A stretch of DNA of 32,000 bases from Promethearchaeota archaeon (GTDB lineage: Archaea > Asgardarchaeota > Lokiarchaeia > Sigyniarchaeales > Promethearchaeaceae), in assembly GCA_016933055.1 (NCBI GenBank), contig JAFGBS010000004.1, positions 1 to 32,000 of the forward strand, read 5' to 3'. The notes below the pieces were generated by a model that did not search any database, was not told the origin of the DNA, and saw only the letters and a program-made list of their open reading frames with translations. The translations under genes were made by a program, and so were the position numbers. Position 1 is the first letter of the stretch. Every line of letters starts with the position of its first letter. Below are positions 30,911 through 32,000 of this stretch, one piece after another.

Positions 30911-31534
30911 ATGGTGGATTATGCTTCCGTAATAAATATTTTAGTGCAAGATTATCCTGATGCCCTTGCAGTCGTAATTATAGACTCCTCCGGTAATGTG
31001 TTACACTCTACAGATAATTGGGATGTATCCCGCGATATTGGTCGTGTATTAACCAGTTGGCGGATGGGAAATGCACAATTTGTCATTTTACAGGACGTGA
31101 AATATTCAATTATTCAAATGGAACCAGAACGATTAATTGCGACAAATTTCAAAAGGCAGGGGCATTTGGTGGGGGCAGCTGCGCCTGATGGAGGGAAATT
31201 TCTTATTGCCTATATTAGTCCTGATGCCGAAGCATGGAATCATACAGCCTATCCTTCTGTGGCACGTGCGGCCGCTATGTTATCGGGAGCCTCCCATTCA
31301 ACTGGAGTTTCAGTAACAGGAGTTACACAAAGTGCTTCCCTTGGAGCGGCCCAACCAGGACAAAGTTCTGTAGACCCCACATTGAAAACTGAAATTGAGA
31401 ATTTTCTTTCATGGATTAAAGATCCTCAAGGATTAGCCGGATATGTATCCTATTATCTTCAGATTAATGACAGTTATACAATTTCTCAACTCGCTGAGAT
31501 TTATAATGATTTCCGTCGTATATTTAATTTCTAA
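30911..31534 (+). CDS. Asgard profilin with C-terminal helical extension
   Basis: The N-terminal ~125 aa follow the Asgard profilin pattern (AVVIID..G.VLHSTDNWD, KYSIIQ...ERLIATN...GHLV, LIAYI.P). A G/S/T/A-rich linker and a ~50-aa helical domain follow. Confidence 0.8.
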   Translation: MVDYASVINILVQDYPDALAVVIIDSSGNVLHSTDNWDVSRDIGRVLTSWRMGNAQFVILQDVKYSIIQMEPERLIATNFKRQGHLVGAAAPDGGKFLIAYISPDAEAWNHTAYPSVARAAAMLSGASHSTGVSVTGVTQSASLGAAQPGQSSVDPTLKTEIENFLSWIKDPQGLAGYVSYYLQINDSYTISQLAEIYNDFRRIFNF

Positions 31535-31543
31535 TTGATTTCG

Positions 31544-31771
31544 ATGACCAAAAAGATCATATTTGTCATGTGTAAGAAGTGTGGAACAAGAATTCAGATT
31601 AAACTGGATCGAAATATCAAGTTCCCCGATGGTTCCGATCTCTATTGGATCGTTCATGCTCATGGAGATTTAGAGAAAGACGCCCATGCATTGATTATTG
31701 AAATAGATCGTAACCTGAATGTTAGAAATACACGTGTTTCAGATGAATTTTTTTTTACCTATGATATTTGA
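31544..31771 (+). CDS. Small CxxC...HxH...H domain protein
   Basis: CKKC, VHAHG, HALIIEID.N..VR; starts 10 nt after the profilin stop codon. Confidence 0.8.
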   Translation: MTKKIIFVMCKKCGTRIQIKLDRNIKFPDGSDLYWIVHAHGDLEKDAHALIIEIDRNLNVRNTRVSDEFFFTYDI

Positions 31772-31782
31772 GGAGTTGAAAG

Positions 31783-32000
31783 TTGAAAAATACTAATCCA
31801 AGTGATAAAGACTTAGGAATTCCTGAAATTCCGATGAAAAAAGCAATTATAGTAAAACAAGGACAGATACGCAAAGATACAGAAACAACGAAATTTGTTC
31901 TTGTTGAGTGCCAAATTTGCAATAAAACAATCAATATGCCAATACCCCGAAAGATTATCGAAGAATCACCTTTACCCGTGACGGATGTAACATATATTCA
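31783..32000 (+). CDS. Partial CDS (runs off the window), paralogue of the upstream CxxC-H domain
   Basis: TTG after SD gaggag; open to the window end: ...KFVLVECQICNKTINMPIPRKIIEESPLPVTDVTYI(H). Confidence 0.75.
   Translation, partial: MKNTNPSDKDLGIPEIPMKKAIIVKQGQIRKDTETTKFVLVECQICNKTINMPIPRKIIEESPLPVTDVTYI

Noticed and set aside
20785-31663. Short antisense or alternative-frame ORFs within DUF72, panE, GTPase, PhoU, HD and profilin genes
   Set aside because: They overlap confidently assigned genes and have no independent motifs.

Overview
Chromosomal window from an Asgard archaeon, most likely Lokiarchaeia. The assignment is inferred from an archaeal 23S rRNA, a profilin, a Rab-like GTPase with WDFAGEERF and a Loki-CTERM-type IPG(F/Y) anchor. 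The window opens with a stand-alone 23S rRNA gene (minus strand, 3' end outside the window, no 16S upstream) followed by ~1.5 kb of decayed sequence that includes an MNT-HEPN toxin-antitoxin relic. A split-MgtE/PhoU-TrkA_C cluster follows. An accessory-looking stretch (~8-21 kb) carries a large surface protein, GNAT, MFS, M23 peptidase, FAD oxidoreductase, FGGY kinase, HPS-RraA fusion, DUF1801 and DUF72 genes. The core block holds panE, the small GTPase, AbrB-PhoU, PAPS-reductase/PUA, an HD hydrolase, aIF1, rpoP, tfb, profilin and two CxxC-HxH paralogues. The main leads are three. (1) An anchored surface protein with three in-register phage tail-collar/HxH fibre repeats, possibly a single-chain pseudo-trimeric tail fibre on an Ig stalk. 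(2) An aIF1/SUI1 gene whose conserved N-terminus can only be made from a non-AUG (AUA/AUU) start, suggesting autoregulation. (3) A dispersed intergenic repeat with a covarying hairpin. All family assignments come from motif recognition by eye; no database search was run.
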